From Dehalococcoidia bacterium (GTDB lineage: Bacteria > Chloroflexota > Dehalococcoidia > SM23-28-2), in the NCBI GenBank assembly GCA_022866185.1, contig JALHUG010000013.1, forward strand, positions 1 to 45,527: a stretch of 45,527 nt of DNA. The letters are read 5' to 3'. How positions within the stretch are numbered: the first letter of the stretch is position 1; the number at the start of each line of letters is the position of its first letter. The notes under the pieces were generated by a model, which saw only the letters and a program-made list of their open reading frames with translations, had not been told where the DNA came from and did no database searches. Shown one piece after another: positions 45,304 through 45,527 of this stretch. A program made the translations under genes and the position numbers.

Positions 45304-45393
45304 TCAATCCCCTTTGCCAGGCTGAGCCTGCGCCCAGAAGCAGGAGACGAGGAGCAATACGACAAAGAGCGGCACAAGCCTCGCCAGTCTCAT
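45304..45393 (-). CDS. possible 29-aa lipobox mini-ORF / leader peptide upstream of the protease gene
   Basis: GGGGGA lies 5 nt before ATG 45393. The ORF reads MRLARLVPLFVVLLLVSCFWAQAQPGKGD, with a lipobox-like LVSC. It is below the ORF-track length cutoff and has no other support. Confidence 0.25.
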   Translation of the reverse strand: MRLARLVPLFVVLLLVSCFWAQAQPGKGD

Positions 45394-45455
45394 GGGCGTC
45401 CCCCTTTGGAGCTTGCGGGATGTGGTCATCCCAGAGACTACGGGCCAGCGCTCGG

Positions 45456-45484
45456 ATTGTGTACCATCCACGCTGCGCTGTCAA
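45456..45484 (-). promoter_or_regulatory. candidate sigma70-type promoter (TTGACA-17 nt-CACAAT) upstream of mini-ORF and protease
   Basis: On the minus strand, TTGACA is the reverse complement of 45479-45484 and CACAAT of 45456-45461. The spacer is 17 nt. Confidence 0.3.
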
Positions 45485-45527
45485 GCGGGCGCGCAAAGTC
45501 CCCCTGCTTCGTCTTCGTAGTCGAGCC

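Overview
This is a GC-rich bacterial chromosomal window. Hand counts on a few 60-nt lines give about 48-57% GC in the glycan loci and about 70% in the nuo genes; nothing was computed globally. Gene content and repeat types suggest a Chloroflexota-like, sortase-bearing organism, but that taxonomy is a guess.

Layout:
(i) 1-3.1 kb: membrane and housekeeping-type genes. These are a DUF457-like hydrolase fragment, a small membrane ORF, a CPBP protease and a DapB-like NAD(P) oxidoreductase.
(ii) 3.1-18.1 kb: envelope-glycan locus A. It has a Wzx-like flippase on the + strand and then 11 co-directional minus-strand genes, partly overlapping. These are a VPSTG surface protein, DUF4012, two GT2, gmd, an fcl-like gene, a colD-like gene, two GT4-type transferases, a 618-aa polytopic membrane protein and a methyltransferase.
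(iii) 18.5-19.6 kb: three orphan Rhs C-terminal core fragments interleaved with small membrane ORFs.
(iv) 19.8-30.3 kb: an 11-gene nuoABCDHIJKLMN operon with no nuoEFG, interrupted by two structured intergenic inserts.
(v) 30.5-31.05 kb: a rearrangement scar made of a 31-nt tRNA-Gly 3' fragment and a GH94 C-terminal remnant.
(vi) 31.2-40.3 kb: glycan locus B. It holds a 1224-aa AftD/YfhO-like GT-C protein, a methyltransferase, a second Wzx, a GT4 and a PMT/ArnT-like GT-C.
(vii) 40.3-45.5 kb: a surface-display module. It holds a 91-aa LPSTG protein with almost no passenger, a class F-like sortase, a lipoprotein with PLL/DUF346-type propeller repeats, and an 810-aa DUF333-papain-P-domain-propeller fusion protein.

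I recognised no transposase, integrase, reverse transcriptase, Cas gene, CRISPR array, rRNA or intact tRNA. All family assignments come from motif recognition by eye and from memory of the families; no database search or computation was possible.
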